Source: SAR202 cluster bacterium
Lineage (GTDB): Bacteria > Chloroflexota > Dehalococcoidia > Lucifugimonadales > UBA2985
Direction: 5' to 3'
Length of the DNA stretch: 64,000 nt
NCBI GenBank assembly: GCA_009391535.1
Contig: VFHP01000024.1
Span: 209,976-273,975, forward strand
Part shown: piece by piece, positions 18,827 through 29,223 of the stretch
Numbering within the stretch: the first letter of the stretch is position 1
Layout: every line of letters starts with the position of its first letter
Made by a program: the position numbers and the translations under genes
Notes under the pieces: model-generated
What the model saw: only the letters and a program-made list of their open reading frames with translations
Told to the model about the DNA's origin: nothing
The model's database searches: none

Positions 18827-21262
18827 ATGAGTAAGTATGCTGAGGTTGCAGTAGATTCCCCCGCATCCAACAGAAGAACCTTTACCTATTCGATTCCTGA
18901 TGATGTGCCTGCTATGCCTGGTCATCTAGTTGAAGTGCCTTTCGGCCCTCGTTCGTTGATCGGAATAGTTTTCAAGACATCAGATTTTGTAGAACTAGAT
19001 ACGGTTAGACCTGTGAGAAAATTGATATATCCTGATCCATTGCTATCTACCGCTAATCTGGCTCTGGCAATTTGGGTCAGTCATTATTATATGGCTGGTC
19101 TGTTCGATTCAGCTGCTATGATGATGCCGCCAGGTTCAATGATAAGAAGCAAGCGATATGTTCGTCTTAAGAATCCTAACGCGTCACTTGAAAAAATAGA
19201 TGATCTACAACTTCAAAGAATCACTAGAACTCTCAATAGACGTGGCAAAATGCGTCGAGATACATTAGTAAAATCTTTGGGTATGTGGTCAGACAGGGTT
19301 CTGTCACAAATGGTCAGAGACGGCCTCATAGATGAGACATCGGAATGGTTAAACGCTTCTGTAGGTCCAAAGTACAAGTCATTTGTAGAACTCACCAATT
19401 TGGTTTCTGGGAGTGCCGATATATCTAATGTTTTTCATAATAAATCTCCAAAACAGGAATCACTGTTGCAACATCTTATCCTTGCCAAGGACCCAGTGAG
19501 TCTACTCGAGTGTAGAGACAACTTTGGACAATCTGCCGTTAATGGTTTAAGAAATAAAGGATTGGTCAATATAATTCAGATTCGTGAGGAACGAGATCCA
19601 TTGGCGTCAAGAACTTTTGACTCTGATATTCCACCTGTACTTAATAATGATCAGGAGATTGCGGTAGATCATATATGTGAGGCGATTGCCTCAAACTCCC
19701 CTGACGTGTTTTTGTTGCAGGGTATAACAGGTAGTGGAAAGACAGAGGTGTATTTACGGGCGTTGGATCGAGCTATTGCTTTGGGTAAACATGCTGTAGT
19801 GATGGTTCCAGAATTAGCATTAACACCTCAGACTATAGAACGATTTGCCAGTAGATTTCCTGACGATGTTGCCGTATTGCATAGTGGTTTATCTCTAGGT
19901 GAACGTTTCGATCAATGGTGGGGAATAAAGGAAGGTAAGTATAAAATTGTCATTGGATCTCGTAGTTCGATATTTTCTCCACAACCAAATTTGGGTTTGA
20001 TAATAATAGATGAGGAACATGAGTGGACTTATAAACAAAGAGATACTGCTCCTAGGTATGATGCAAGAGAGGTGGCTATAAAGATTGGAGAACTCACAGA
20101 AAGTGTTCTAGTGCTTGGGAGCGCTACACCTGATGTCATTTCGAAAAACAGGGCAATCTCGGGTCAATATAGGTTATTGAAGTTGCAAAACCGTGTGTCT
20201 AGAGGAGTTGTAGGAAATCAAACGTTAGAATTGACTCTTCCTGAGGTGGAAATAGTAGACCTTAGAGACGAATTGAAACATGGAAATAGAAGCATTTTCA
20301 GTTCTGTACTTCAATCTAATATAGGAAACAAGATTGCTTCAGGCGAACAAATAATACTTTATATAAACAGAAGAGGTAGTGGTGGTCAGATACAATGCCG
20401 TGATTGTGGCGATGTATTGAGATGTAACAGGTGTCATATGTCGATGAACTATCATGGTGCATCTAATGCGGCTGTTTGTCACATATGTAGTTATACGATC
20501 AAACACCCGACCGAATGTGAAGTGTGTAATAGTCATAGGATAAGGTATTTAGGATTAGGCACACAAAGAGTAGTTCAGGAGCTAGATGAATTATTTCCGG
20601 GTGTAAAAACTTTACGATGGGATAGAGATGCTGCTTCATACAAAGATGCTCATGGAGAAATGATGGCTAAATTCTCAACAGGTCAAGCCCAAATATTGGT
20701 TGGCACGCAAATGATAGCTAAAGGTCTACATTTCCCTAGAGTCACGTTAGTTGGCGTTCTGTGTGCCGATATAGGTCTGTTTTTGCCAGATTTTAGAGCA
20801 GGAGAACGGGTTTTTGAATTATTATGTCAGGTTTCAGGTCGCACAGGGAGAAGTGATTTGGGTGGTAAAGTGATCATACAAACTTATTCTCCAACAAATT
20901 ACGCCGTTCAGTCAGCTGCCGTACAAGACTATGACATGTTTTACGCTCAAGAAATTGTTTATAGACATGAGCTTGGCCTTCCTCCATTTGGTAAATTGAT
21001 AAGATTGATGTATTCACATAGGAATGAAGATACTTGCGCTAAGCAAGCCTTATATTTGGGTAAACGGTTTAGAGAGCAACTGGAAGTAATGGGTATCACA
21101 GATATCTCTGTATTAGGCCCCGCACCTGCTTTTCCTTCAAAAATCAGGGGAAGATATCGTTGGCACATTATTTTGAAAGGTATTGAGCCTAGAAGATTGA
21201 TAGACGAGACTAATTTACCTTTAGGTTGGATGGTTGAAATTGATCCTACTTCTGTGACCTGA
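18827..21262 (+). CDS. priA: primosomal replication restart helicase PriA
   Basis: 811 aa with Walker A GITGSGKTEVY, the DEEH box (IIIDEEHEW), and a Cys-rich zinc insertion (CRDCGDVLRCNRCH...CHIC...CEVC). Confidence 0.9.
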   Translation: MSKYAEVAVDSPASNRRTFTYSIPDDVPAMPGHLVEVPFGPRSLIGIVFKTSDFVELDTVRPVRKLIYPDPLLSTANLALAIWVSHYYMAGLFDSAAMMMPPGSMIRSKRYVRLKNPNASLEKIDDLQLQRITRTLNRRGKMRRDTLVKSLGMWSDRVLSQMVRDGLIDETSEWLNASVGPKYKSFVELTNLVSGSADISNVFHNKSPKQESLLQHLILAKDPVSLLECRDNFGQSAVNGLRNKGLVNIIQIREERDPLASRTFDSDIPPVLNNDQEIAVDHICEAIASNSPDVFLLQGITGSGKTEVYLRALDRAIALGKHAVVMVPELALTPQTIERFASRFPDDVAVLHSGLSLGERFDQWWGIKEGKYKIVIGSRSSIFSPQPNLGLIIIDEEHEWTYKQRDTAPRYDAREVAIKIGELTESVLVLGSATPDVISKNRAISGQYRLLKLQNRVSRGVVGNQTLELTLPEVEIVDLRDELKHGNRSIFSSVLQSNIGNKIASGEQIILYINRRGSGGQIQCRDCGDVLRCNRCHMSMNYHGASNAAVCHICSYTIKHPTECEVCNSHRIRYLGLGTQRVVQELDELFPGVKTLRWDRDAASYKDAHGEMMAKFSTGQAQILVGTQMIAKGLHFPRVTLVGVLCADIGLFLPDFRAGERVFELLCQVSGRTGRSDLGGKVIIQTYSPTNYAVQSAAVQDYDMFYAQEIVYRHELGLPPFGKLIRLMYSHRNEDTCAKQALYLGKRFREQLEVMGITDISVLGPAPAFPSKIRGRYRWHIILKGIEPRRLIDETNLPLGWMVEIDPTSVT

Positions 21263-21333
21263 TTTAGATTTACACAATTGTGGACGAATAATATAATGGT
21301 CACAGCAAGGATCACAAGCGGGGGGAATAACCA

Positions 21334-21837
21334 GTGTCAGTTTTAAGCATTCGAACATTACCAGATTCTGTGTTAAGAGAAAAAGCAAAAAAAGTTACAT
21401 TATTTAATGAATCATTACAAAATCTTATAGAAGATATGATCGACACTATGCGATATGCTAATGGAGTTGGTTTGGCGGCTAATCAAGTTGGTGTGTTGCT
21501 TAGAGTAGTTGTTATAGAGATACCGGATGAGGAGGAAGTGAGGATACTTATCAATCCTGAAATTATAAAAGTCGAGGGCGAAAGAAGAGTCGACGAAGGA
21601 TGTCTAAGTATACCGGGCTATAGAGGAGAGCTAACTAGATCAGTAAAAGTTAGAGTTAAGGCATTGGACAGAAGAGGCAAGGCATTGAGGATAAGAGCGG
21701 AAGGTCTGTTGGCTCAAGCTCTAGAACATGAAATTGACCATATAAATGGTGTTTTATATATAGATCATCTTTCGAGCCACGAACACCTTTGGAAATTAGA
21801 AAGAGACGAAGTGGAAACGACAACAGAGGCGATCTAA
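21334..21837 (+). CDS. def: peptide deformylase
   Basis: 167 aa with a GTG start and the three Def motifs GVGLAANQ, EGCLS and HEIDH. Confidence 0.95.
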   Translation: MSVLSIRTLPDSVLREKAKKVTLFNESLQNLIEDMIDTMRYANGVGLAANQVGVLLRVVVIEIPDEEEVRILINPEIIKVEGERRVDEGCLSIPGYRGELTRSVKVRVKALDRRGKALRIRAEGLLAQALEHEIDHINGVLYIDHLSSHEHLWKLERDEVETTTEAI

Positions 21838-23348
21838 TGTCAAGCGTTTCAATACCAAAATCTCCTGAACTAAATTTTGACAACCAGATAATACAGTTTC
21901 TGGAACCTATTAGAGATTTCTTTTCATCAGAAAATGTGAGCGCCTATATAGTGGGTGGTTTTCTCAGAGATTCTTTGATGGGCAGGTATAGTTTTGACAT
22001 AGACATTGCTATTGACCATGACCCAATTGAGATTGGCAATAAACTAACTGAGTTGATTGGTGGTAAGTGCATCGTTTTAGATCATGACAGGAAGATCGTC
22101 AGGATGGTTTTGCCAACATGTCAAACAAACTTATCGCTCTTGCCTAAACATATAGATTTGTCATTCGTGTCTAATGGTATAAGGGACGATCTTTCCCACA
22201 GAGATTTCACCATAGATGCTATTGCTTTGCCTTTTTCGACTATAAGCAATCCATCGAACGGTGACTTGATAGACATTTATGGTGGCTTGTCGGACATATC
22301 TTGCCAAGTACTTAGAGTAGTGTCAGGACAATCACTTACGGAAGATCCAGTTCGGTTGGTTAGGGCAGTTCGTTTGTCTGCCCAACTGGGATTTTCGTTG
22401 GATGAATTTACAGAACATAGTATATCTAAAAACTCTCATCTAATAACTTCTGTATCTACGGAGCGCGTTCGAGAGGAATTTCTTAAAATATTTGAGCAGA
22501 AGAATATCTCAAATAGTTTAAGGATTATGGATGATACTGGGTTACTGTGCAAGATAATACCGGAACTGGATACCACTAAAGGATCAATGCAGCCTAAAGA
22601 ACATTATTGGGATGTATTTAACCATTGTTTGCAAACACCAGGCAAATTGGAAAAAATTGTTGATTCTCCAGATGATCAAATATTTTCTTTAGTACCGCGG
22701 TTATTTGATATGTATGAATATTTTTCAGAGATAGTAAGTGACGGTCATAATAGATTAACTATGGCTAAAGTGGCAGGATTGCTTCATGACATAGCAAAAC
22801 CGGCAACTAAAACAGTGGATGGAACAGGAAGAATACGATTTATCGGCCACGATCTTAAAGGGTCTGAGGTTACAGAATCTTTCTTAGACAGACTGAGGTT
22901 TAGTAACAAAGGCAAGAATCATATATCAACAATGGTCAGACACCATTTAAGGCCGACACAAATGAGTTCTGATGGTCAATATCCAACAGACAAAGCAATG
23001 TACCGCTATTACAGAGACCTGAAAGATGTAGCTTTCGATATTTTATTTTTGAATTTGGCGGATTATTTGGCAGCCAAGGAAGATATGCTTGAGATGGATG
23101 ATTGGCGCAGTCATTGTGGTCTCATAGATTTTATTATGAAAAAAGGATTAGATATTCTTGCCGTTGACAACCAGGTTAGGCAGGATCGTTTGATAGATGG
23201 TTATGGTTTAATGAAAATTCTTGGTATAGGACCCGGGGAAACTATCGGAGTTTTGTTGGAGCAATTGGAGGAAAGTCATAAATTAGGGGAAATAACCACC
23301 AGGAAAGAAGCTATTTTATTGGCTAGGACGCTTTTTGCACGTTTGTGA
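21837..23348 (+). CDS. tRNA nucleotidyltransferase (CCA-adding enzyme / poly(A) polymerase family) with HD domain
   Basis: I prefer the start at ATG 21837, which overlaps the def stop (TAATG). The sequence has the nucleotidyltransferase head (VGGFLRDSLMG...DIDIA), RDFTIDA, and an HD region (LLHDIAKP...GHD). Confidence 0.75.
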   Translation: MSSVSIPKSPELNFDNQIIQFLEPIRDFFSSENVSAYIVGGFLRDSLMGRYSFDIDIAIDHDPIEIGNKLTELIGGKCIVLDHDRKIVRMVLPTCQTNLSLLPKHIDLSFVSNGIRDDLSHRDFTIDAIALPFSTISNPSNGDLIDIYGGLSDISCQVLRVVSGQSLTEDPVRLVRAVRLSAQLGFSLDEFTEHSISKNSHLITSVSTERVREEFLKIFEQKNISNSLRIMDDTGLLCKIIPELDTTKGSMQPKEHYWDVFNHCLQTPGKLEKIVDSPDDQIFSLVPRLFDMYEYFSEIVSDGHNRLTMAKVAGLLHDIAKPATKTVDGTGRIRFIGHDLKGSEVTESFLDRLRFSNKGKNHISTMVRHHLRPTQMSSDGQYPTDKAMYRYYRDLKDVAFDILFLNLADYLAAKEDMLEMDDWRSHCGLIDFIMKKGLDILAVDNQVRQDRLIDGYGLMKILGIGPGETIGVLLEQLEESHKLGEITTRKEAILLARTLFARL

Positions 23349-23393
23349 TTGGATTTGGTCAGTATTAGTATTAACCAAATGTACCGTGCATAA

Positions 23394-23440
23394 CATCAAT
23401 ATGTTGTGTATTGTAATATAATTCACACAAAATGCTGTAT
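23394..23440. promoter_or_regulatory. tandem candidate NrdR boxes
   Basis: The 16-mers catcaatatgttgtgt (23394-23409) and acacaaaatgctgtat (23425-23440) each match about 12/16 of the NrdR-box consensus as I recall it (acaCwAtATaTwGtgt). Start-to-start spacing is 31 bp, typical of tandem boxes. Confidence 0.45.
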
Positions 23441-23478
23441 CCCAAAGCTTGACTGTAGTTATATTGCAATGATAGTAT

Positions 23479-23494
23479 TGTCAATATATTTTGT
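23479..23494. promoter_or_regulatory. third candidate NrdR-box-like site
   Basis: tgtcaatatattttgt has a perfect central CAATATAT core but weaker flanks. It lies 42 nt upstream of the nrdR ATG. Confidence 0.3.
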
Positions 23495-23535
23495 TATGGA
23501 AGGCTTCACTGGAATTTTTCTAGGTTTGTGATTCA

Positions 23536-24117
23536 ATGCATTGCCCTTATTGTAATAATAGTGAGTCTAAAGTAATTGACTCAAGAGATGCCACAGATGG
23601 TGTTAGGCGAAGAAGAGAATGTATACGATGTGGTCTTAGATTCACGACATACGAAAGAGTGCAAACTAGTGCTCTTATGGTAGCGAAGCGTGATAACAGG
23701 CGAGAAGAATATAACAGAGAAAAACTTATGTCCAGCATACAAAAGGCTTGTGTAAAGCGGCCTTTGCCTACTGGGGCCATTGATAAACTGGTTCACGACA
23801 TAGAAATTCAATTACAGGATACAGGTAGAGCGGAAATCCCCAGTGTGTCTATCGGTGAAATGGTTATTGAACATCTACGAACCATGGACCCAGTTGCGTA
23901 TATTAGGTTTGCTAGTGTGTACAGGGATTTTGCAGACGTCGAGAGTTTCAAGGAAGCGGTAGAAGCATTGGAGAAAGCATATCACTCTACGGACAAAGAG
24001 AGAGATTCGGCTCAACTACCTCTTATAGATGAGACAATTTTCTCAACCAAAAAACGGTTAAGAAAACCTAGGGCAGGTTTGGATTTGAACATAAGTATTG
24101 GAGATGAAAAAAGATAG
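23536..24117 (+). CDS. nrdR: transcriptional repressor NrdR
   Basis: 193 aa with an N-terminal zinc ribbon (MHCPYCNNSESKVIDSR...CIRCGLRFTTYERV) followed by an ATP-cone. Confidence 0.95.
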   Translation: MHCPYCNNSESKVIDSRDATDGVRRRRECIRCGLRFTTYERVQTSALMVAKRDNRREEYNREKLMSSIQKACVKRPLPTGAIDKLVHDIEIQLQDTGRAEIPSVSIGEMVIEHLRTMDPVAYIRFASVYRDFADVESFKEAVEALEKAYHSTDKERDSAQLPLIDETIFSTKKRLRKPRAGLDLNISIGDEKR

Positions 24118-24179
24118 TTTACAGACTATGCTAGTTATAACTCAAACATTTGGTGAAACTTGATTACCTGGAGGCATGA

Positions 24180-26654
24180 ATGACCATCACTAGGGGAAAA
24201 ACAGACGATAGAGACTCTCAAAGAGGCGATAAAAATTTGAATGATGTGCTATCTGCATTGAGTGCAGCAGGTATAACTGATCCAAATATGGCAAAAAAAA
24301 TAGCGGCATCACTCGATGGATCGAGATCTACTGCTGAATTGACTGGCCACAACATAATAGATACTGGGATATCAGATAACGCGATGGTCGTATTGAAAAA
24401 ACGATATTTTATGAAAGATAGTAAAGGCAATGCGGTGGAGAATTCCTGGAGTGATATATCCAGAAGAGTAGCCAGAGCTATTGCTGAAACAGAACTACTA
24501 TACAATCCCGAAGCAGATGTAAGTTATTGGGAAGAGAAATATTATAGTGTCATGGTAAGTTTGGAGTACGTACCAAATTCTCCTACCCTTATGAACGCTG
24601 GCACAGGTGCCGGAACCCTTTCTGCTTGTTTTGTGATGGGATTAGAAGACAGTATGGAAGGCATAATGGAAACCGCTAAAGAGGCCGCTTTGGTTCAAAA
24701 ATTCGGTGGAGGTACGGGGTTTGCCTTATCGAAAATAAGACCAAAAGGCTCTCCAATAACTACAACACATGGTAAGGCATGTGGTCCCATAGCTGTGTTA
24801 AAACATCTGTCTTCAGTGTCTACTTTGGTTACTCAAGGTGGTAAACGAGATGGGGCGAATATGGCGGTTATGGATGTTCATCATCCTGACATAGAAGAGT
24901 TTATTACTTGCAAAACACAAGAAGGACAGATACACAATTTTAATGTATCAGTTGGTGCCAGTGAAGTGTTTATGCAGGCTGTAAGCAAGGGTGAGGATTA
25001 CGAACTGAAGGATCCCCATAACGGGGAAGTCTTAGGGAGTCTGAACGCAGGAAAAATATTCGATAACATTATAGAGGGCGCTTGGCTTAATGGAGAACCA
25101 GGAACAATTTTCCTGGACCGTGTTAATCAGGATAATCCGACGCCTCATATAGGGGAAATGATCGCTACTAATCCATGTGGTGAGCAGCCTCTGCTTGCCT
25201 ATGAATCTTGCAATCTGGGTTCAATAAACCTTGCAAAATTTGTTTTATTCGATGAAGGCGAAACCAAAGTAGATTGGGATCGTTTGGCAGAGGTGACGAG
25301 TATTACAACGAGATTCTTAGACAACGTTATAGATGCTAACAGATACTCAGTACCGGCTATAGAAGAAATGACGAAAACTACACGTAAAACCGGACTTGGT
25401 GTAATGGGATTCGCTGATATGTTGGTGATGATGAATGTGGCTTATAACTCCCAAGAAGGATTGGATTTGGGCCGGGAAATTATGAGGTTTGTAAAGGAAC
25501 ATGCAGATGCGACAAGTGAGGATTTAGCCGAAGAACGAGGTGTGTTTCCTGGATACGAAGGTAGTATATATGAAAAACAGGGACGGCCTATGCGTAATGC
25601 ATGTAGGCTTACAGTTGCACCAACGGGTACTATATCCATGATAGCTGGTTGCTCGAGTGGCATAGAACCACTTTTTTCTCTCTGCTATCACAAACACAAC
25701 ATATTGGAGGGCGAAAGTTTACTTTACATAGACTCCAATTTTGAACGTATGGCAAGAGAACAAGGGTTTTATAGTGATGAACTGATGGAATACCTTGCTG
25801 ATGGTGGGTCTATACAAGATAGGGATGATGTTCCAAGCTCTATTAAAGATATTTTTGTTACAGCTGGTGATATATCACCCGAATATCATGTTAGGATGCA
25901 AGCTGTTTTTCAAGAGAGCGTAGATGCTGCTATATCTAAGACCATAAATTTCCCTAATTCAGCTACTAGAAATGATGTGAGAACAGCCTATATGTTGGCT
26001 TGGGAATTAGGATGCAAAGGTATAACTGTTTATAGATCGGGGAGTAGAAATCTTGAAGTTTTAACATCTGGTTCGGCCAAAACGGAATCTGCAGATTCCG
26101 TGTCCATTAACGCCGATGACTTGCAGAATACTATTCATGATAGTCAATTAAACAAACCAGCTCCAAGACCTGCTCAAGTGAGTGGGATCACAGAAAAAGT
26201 GAGAACTGGTCACGGCAATATGTATATCACTATAAACTCTAGGGAAGGTCAACCCTTTGAAATCTTTTCAAACTTAGGCAAAGCCGGAGGTTGTGATTCT
26301 GCTCAACATGAAGCCATATCACGACTGGTTTCTTTGGCTTTACGTTCTGGTATAGAACCAAGTGAGTTGGTTGAACAACTTCGTGGTATAACGTGTTGTC
26401 CTCAGTGGGATGACGGCAAATTGGTTCGTTCAGGACCAGATGCAGTCGCATTAGTTTTAGAAAAACATACTGGTAGCGATAATGGTGAGAACAATCTTGT
26501 GACCTATGCCTTACAACCAGGATTACCACTTAAACCAGATACTAATGGCAATGGAGTAATTGGTAAGGCAGCATGTCCAGACTGTGATGGGTTTTTGGTA
26601 TATCAAGAAGGTTGTGAAATGTGTCCATCTTGTGGATATTCTCGTTGCGGATAA
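24180..26654 (+). CDS. nrdJ: class II (adenosylcobalamin-dependent) ribonucleotide reductase
   Basis: 824 aa with an RNR catalytic core ([21 protein letters not shown]; TVAPTGTIS) and a C-terminal Cys-rich tail (CPDCDGF...[13 protein letters not shown]). It lies immediately downstream of nrdR. Confidence 0.9.
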   Translation: MTITRGKTDDRDSQRGDKNLNDVLSALSAAGITDPNMAKKIAASLDGSRSTAELTGHNIIDTGISDNAMVVLKKRYFMKDSKGNAVENSWSDISRRVARAIAETELLYNPEADVSYWEEKYYSVMVSLEYVPNSPTLMNAGTGAGTLSACFVMGLEDSMEGIMETAKEAALVQKFGGGTGFALSKIRPKGSPITTTHGKACGPIAVLKHLSSVSTLVTQGGKRDGANMAVMDVHHPDIEEFITCKTQEGQIHNFNVSVGASEVFMQAVSKGEDYELKDPHNGEVLGSLNAGKIFDNIIEGAWLNGEPGTIFLDRVNQDNPTPHIGEMIATNPCGEQPLLAYESCNLGSINLAKFVLFDEGETKVDWDRLAEVTSITTRFLDNVIDANRYSVPAIEEMTKTTRKTGLGVMGFADMLVMMNVAYNSQEGLDLGREIMRFVKEHADATSEDLAEERGVFPGYEGSIYEKQGRPMRNACRLTVAPTGTISMIAGCSSGIEPLFSLCYHKHNILEGESLLYIDSNFERMAREQGFYSDELMEYLADGGSIQDRDDVPSSIKDIFVTAGDISPEYHVRMQAVFQESVDAAISKTINFPNSATRNDVRTAYMLAWELGCKGITVYRSGSRNLEVLTSGSAKTESADSVSINADDLQNTIHDSQLNKPAPRPAQVSGITEKVRTGHGNMYITINSREGQPFEIFSNLGKAGGCDSAQHEAISRLVSLALRSGIEPSELVEQLRGITCCPQWDDGKLVRSGPDAVALVLEKHTGSDNGENNLVTYALQPGLPLKPDTNGNGVIGKAACPDCDGFLVYQEGCEMCPSCGYSRCG

Positions 26655-26659
26655 GGCAC

Positions 26660-26830
26660 TGCGAGAGCGTGATTCGGGACTTAATTTGTGATGAACACAC
26701 CGATTCTCGGTGATACGTGTGAGATCGGTGTGATACGGGGTAGACGCTTGGCGTCTATGGATAAAACTAATCCGCGCTCTTGATAGAGGGAGCGTGCAAA
26801 TCGGGCGGCCTCTTTTTTGGGGCCGCCTAG
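26660..26830 (+). other. GC-rich multi-hairpin intergenic element (candidate structured RNA or complex 3' UTR/terminator)
   Basis: Four stem-loops are visible. (1) 26696-26732 is a 12-bp stem with one bulge. (2) 26741-26757 pairs tagacgc with gcgtcta. (3) 26773-26796 pairs cgcgctc with gagcgtg and includes a G-U pair that works only on the + strand. (4) 26804-26827 pairs ggcggcc with ggccgcc. The region is visibly more GC-rich than its flanks. Confidence 0.35.
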
Positions 26831-26876
26831 CATTGTAACACATTTTTTTATTATAATGGCTAGGTGGAGTCGTTAA

Positions 26877-27881
26877 ATGGATAATTTACCTATCATAGGC
26901 ATAACAATGGGAGATCCGGCAGGAATAGGGCCAGAAGTTATAGTAAAGGCATTAAATAAACGTTGGTTAACTGATTCTTTTCACCCGTTAATAATTGGAA
27001 ATCTACATTTGTTATCTAAGGCAGCCAAAGATTTAGGATGTGATCTAGAATTCTCAGAAATTTCTTCTGCGCAAGACGCTAGGGTGAACCGCATATCCGT
27101 CTTTGATATGGGTAATCTGAATCCTGAAAATGTTGAACATGGAAAAATTTCTGCCGATTGTGGTCGGGCAAGTGTGGAATGGATTTTAGAAGCAGGACGA
27201 ATGGCTCTAAATGGAGAAATAGATGCCATTGCTACTGCTCCCATACACAAAGAAGCTGCACAATTAGCCGGCTACAAAGATATAGGTCATATGGAGTTAC
27301 TGCAAAAACTTAGCGGGGCGAAGGAAGTTGCAACAATGTTGACAGCTGGTAACTTAAGAGTTGTACATCTTACGACCCACAGATCCCTTGCAAAAGCTGT
27401 TGAATTTGTAAGAAGGGAGAATGTTTTGGCAAAGATAGAACTTACGTACAATAGTTTTAGAGAATGGGGTTTTTCAGATCCCCGTATTGCAGTGGCTGCA
27501 CTCAATCCACATGGTGGTGATGGTGGTTTAATAGGTAGAGAAGAAATAGAGGAAATTTCACCAGCTGTTAATGATGCATTAAAACTAGGTATTAATGTCA
27601 CCGGGCCTATACCAGCAGACTCAGTATTTCCTCAGGCTATAAATGATAATTATGATGTCGTGGTTGTGCTATATCATGACCAAGGTCACATACCGATAAA
27701 AGTAAAAGATTTTGAGGGTAGCATAAGTATAAATCTAGGATTTCCATTTACTAGAACATCCGTGGATCATGGAACAGCATTCGACATAGCTGGAAAAGGT
27801 ATAGCAGATGCTACTGGTATGATCAAAACCCTAGAGGCTACTGCTTTCATTGCAAACACAGGTAATCTTCCATCTGAGTGA
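26877..27881 (+). CDS. pdxA: 4-hydroxythreonine-4-phosphate dehydrogenase
   Basis: 334 aa with the PdxA family pattern (GITMGDPAGIGPEV; ATAPIHKEA; AALNPHGG; YHDQGHIP; SVDHGTAFDIAG). Confidence 0.9.
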   Translation: MDNLPIIGITMGDPAGIGPEVIVKALNKRWLTDSFHPLIIGNLHLLSKAAKDLGCDLEFSEISSAQDARVNRISVFDMGNLNPENVEHGKISADCGRASVEWILEAGRMALNGEIDAIATAPIHKEAAQLAGYKDIGHMELLQKLSGAKEVATMLTAGNLRVVHLTTHRSLAKAVEFVRRENVLAKIELTYNSFREWGFSDPRIAVAALNPHGGDGGLIGREEIEEISPAVNDALKLGINVTGPIPADSVFPQAINDNYDVVVVLYHDQGHIPIKVKDFEGSISINLGFPFTRTSVDHGTAFDIAGKGIADATGMIKTLEATAFIANTGNLPSE

Positions 27882-27916
27882 TATTGAGTGAAGAATTGTA
27901 GGAAAAGGATCAGAAT

Positions 27917-28750
27917 ATGAAAGCTGATGTGAAAATCTCCTTTATCGGAGGCGGTAATATGGCGGAAGCTATAATATCAAGTATCATTGCAAATGGATTA
28001 ATTGATCCCAAGAACGTGCTAGTAAGTGAACCAGTGTCAATGCGCAGAGAACACTTGTCTGCAGCGTATAACATATCATCGTACTCTGATACCAAGGCAT
28101 TATTGCTTGATATAAATGAATCCAAAGAGCCGAATGTTATTGTTATAGCTGTGAAGCCGCAACAGTTATATCAGGTGACTAGAGAATTAAACAGTATTGT
28201 TTCAGAAGACCATGCAATACTCTCGATAGTGGCTGGTGTGAGTATAGATACATTAACACAGTCATTAGGGCACAATGCTATTATAAGGGTTATGCCTAAC
28301 ACTCCAGCGCAAATTGGCAAAGGTATGTCAGTTTGGGCTGTTTCTGAATCAATCTCAGACTTATATGTAGATATTGCTCGTGAAATTTTTCAAGCGTTGG
28401 GCCTGGAAATTTTGGTCGACGATGAAAAGTACATAGATATGGCAACTGCTTTGAGTGCTAGTGGACCTGCATATGTGTTTATGTTTTTGGAAGCCATGAT
28501 AGATGCTGGAGTGTATATAGGTCTATCTAGAGATATATCTAGCAAATTGGCTATCCAGACAGTGCTAGGTAGCATAGAACTTGTGGCTCAAACCGACAAA
28601 CAACCCTCTGATTTGAGGGCTATGGTCACTTCACCAGGAGGTACTACAGCCGAGGCTATTTTGGTATTGGAAGAAGAGGGCTTCAGGAGTGCTATACTTA
28701 ATGCGGTTATAGCTGCATATAACAAGGCTGTACTGTTGGGAAAGCAATGA
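27917..28750 (+). CDS. proC: pyrroline-5-carboxylate reductase
   Basis: 277 aa with a Rossmann N-terminus (ISFIGGGNMAEAI), RVMPNTPA, and TSPGGTTAEA. Confidence 0.9.
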   Translation: MKADVKISFIGGGNMAEAIISSIIANGLIDPKNVLVSEPVSMRREHLSAAYNISSYSDTKALLLDINESKEPNVIVIAVKPQQLYQVTRELNSIVSEDHAILSIVAGVSIDTLTQSLGHNAIIRVMPNTPAQIGKGMSVWAVSESISDLYVDIAREIFQALGLEILVDDEKYIDMATALSASGPAYVFMFLEAMIDAGVYIGLSRDISSKLAIQTVLGSIELVAQTDKQPSDLRAMVTSPGGTTAEAILVLEEEGFRSAILNAVIAAYNKAVLLGKQ

Positions 28751-28774
28751 TATTTTCTAGAGGTTTTAAAAGTT

Positions 28775-29041
28775 TTGATTGAAATATTCATAGCCCTGTT
28801 TGATTCATTGATATTTTTCTTGACACTGGCAATATTTGCTAGAGTAATAGTAGATTGGCTGCTGGTAGCTGGGATAGTTAAATATGAGAATGTTATAGTT
28901 ACCATACATCAGTCACTGTTAGTAGTAACTGAGCCAATTTTGTATCCTATTAGGAAATATGCCAGAATAGGCATGATAGATCTAAGTCCTATGGTAGCTA
29001 TAATAGTTCTGAGCACACTCGGAAGAGTACTCACTGGCTGA
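28775..29041 (+). CDS. YggT family membrane protein
   Basis: 88 aa, hydrophobic, with a TEPILYPIRKY...IDLSPMVA pattern typical of YggT. It follows proC, as in many genomes. Confidence 0.7.
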   Translation: MIEIFIALFDSLIFFLTLAIFARVIVDWLLVAGIVKYENVIVTIHQSLLVVTEPILYPIRKYARIGMIDLSPMVAIIVLSTLGRVLTG

Positions 29042-29223
29042 TAATTAATCTATTCTATTGCTCTTGTTGGTAATCTGGTATATATTAAACTCCTTTTTAT
29101 CCAGATTTGATAAAAAGAGTTAGAAATACAGTAAGTCATTGAAGGATACAAGTTGTTCGAGTTTTGAATTACTATACTCGTTATTGTAAAATACCCACAT
29201 TAGAATGGAAGTTTGATTATAAT

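Noticed and set aside
24118-24179. A cobalamin riboswitch associated with the B12-dependent nrdJ. I also looked at 23349..23535 and 26655..26876.
   Set aside because: I could not find a B12-box-like core (GCCACTG-type) or the expected multi-stem layout. Also, nrdJ uses B12 rather than being repressed by it.
26523-26843. A 106-aa minus-strand ORF spanning the nrdJ 3' end and the GC-rich intergenic element.
   Set aside because: It overlaps the nrdJ coding sequence in antisense. Its remainder is the hairpin-rich region, so the open frame is better explained by RNA-structure-driven composition.
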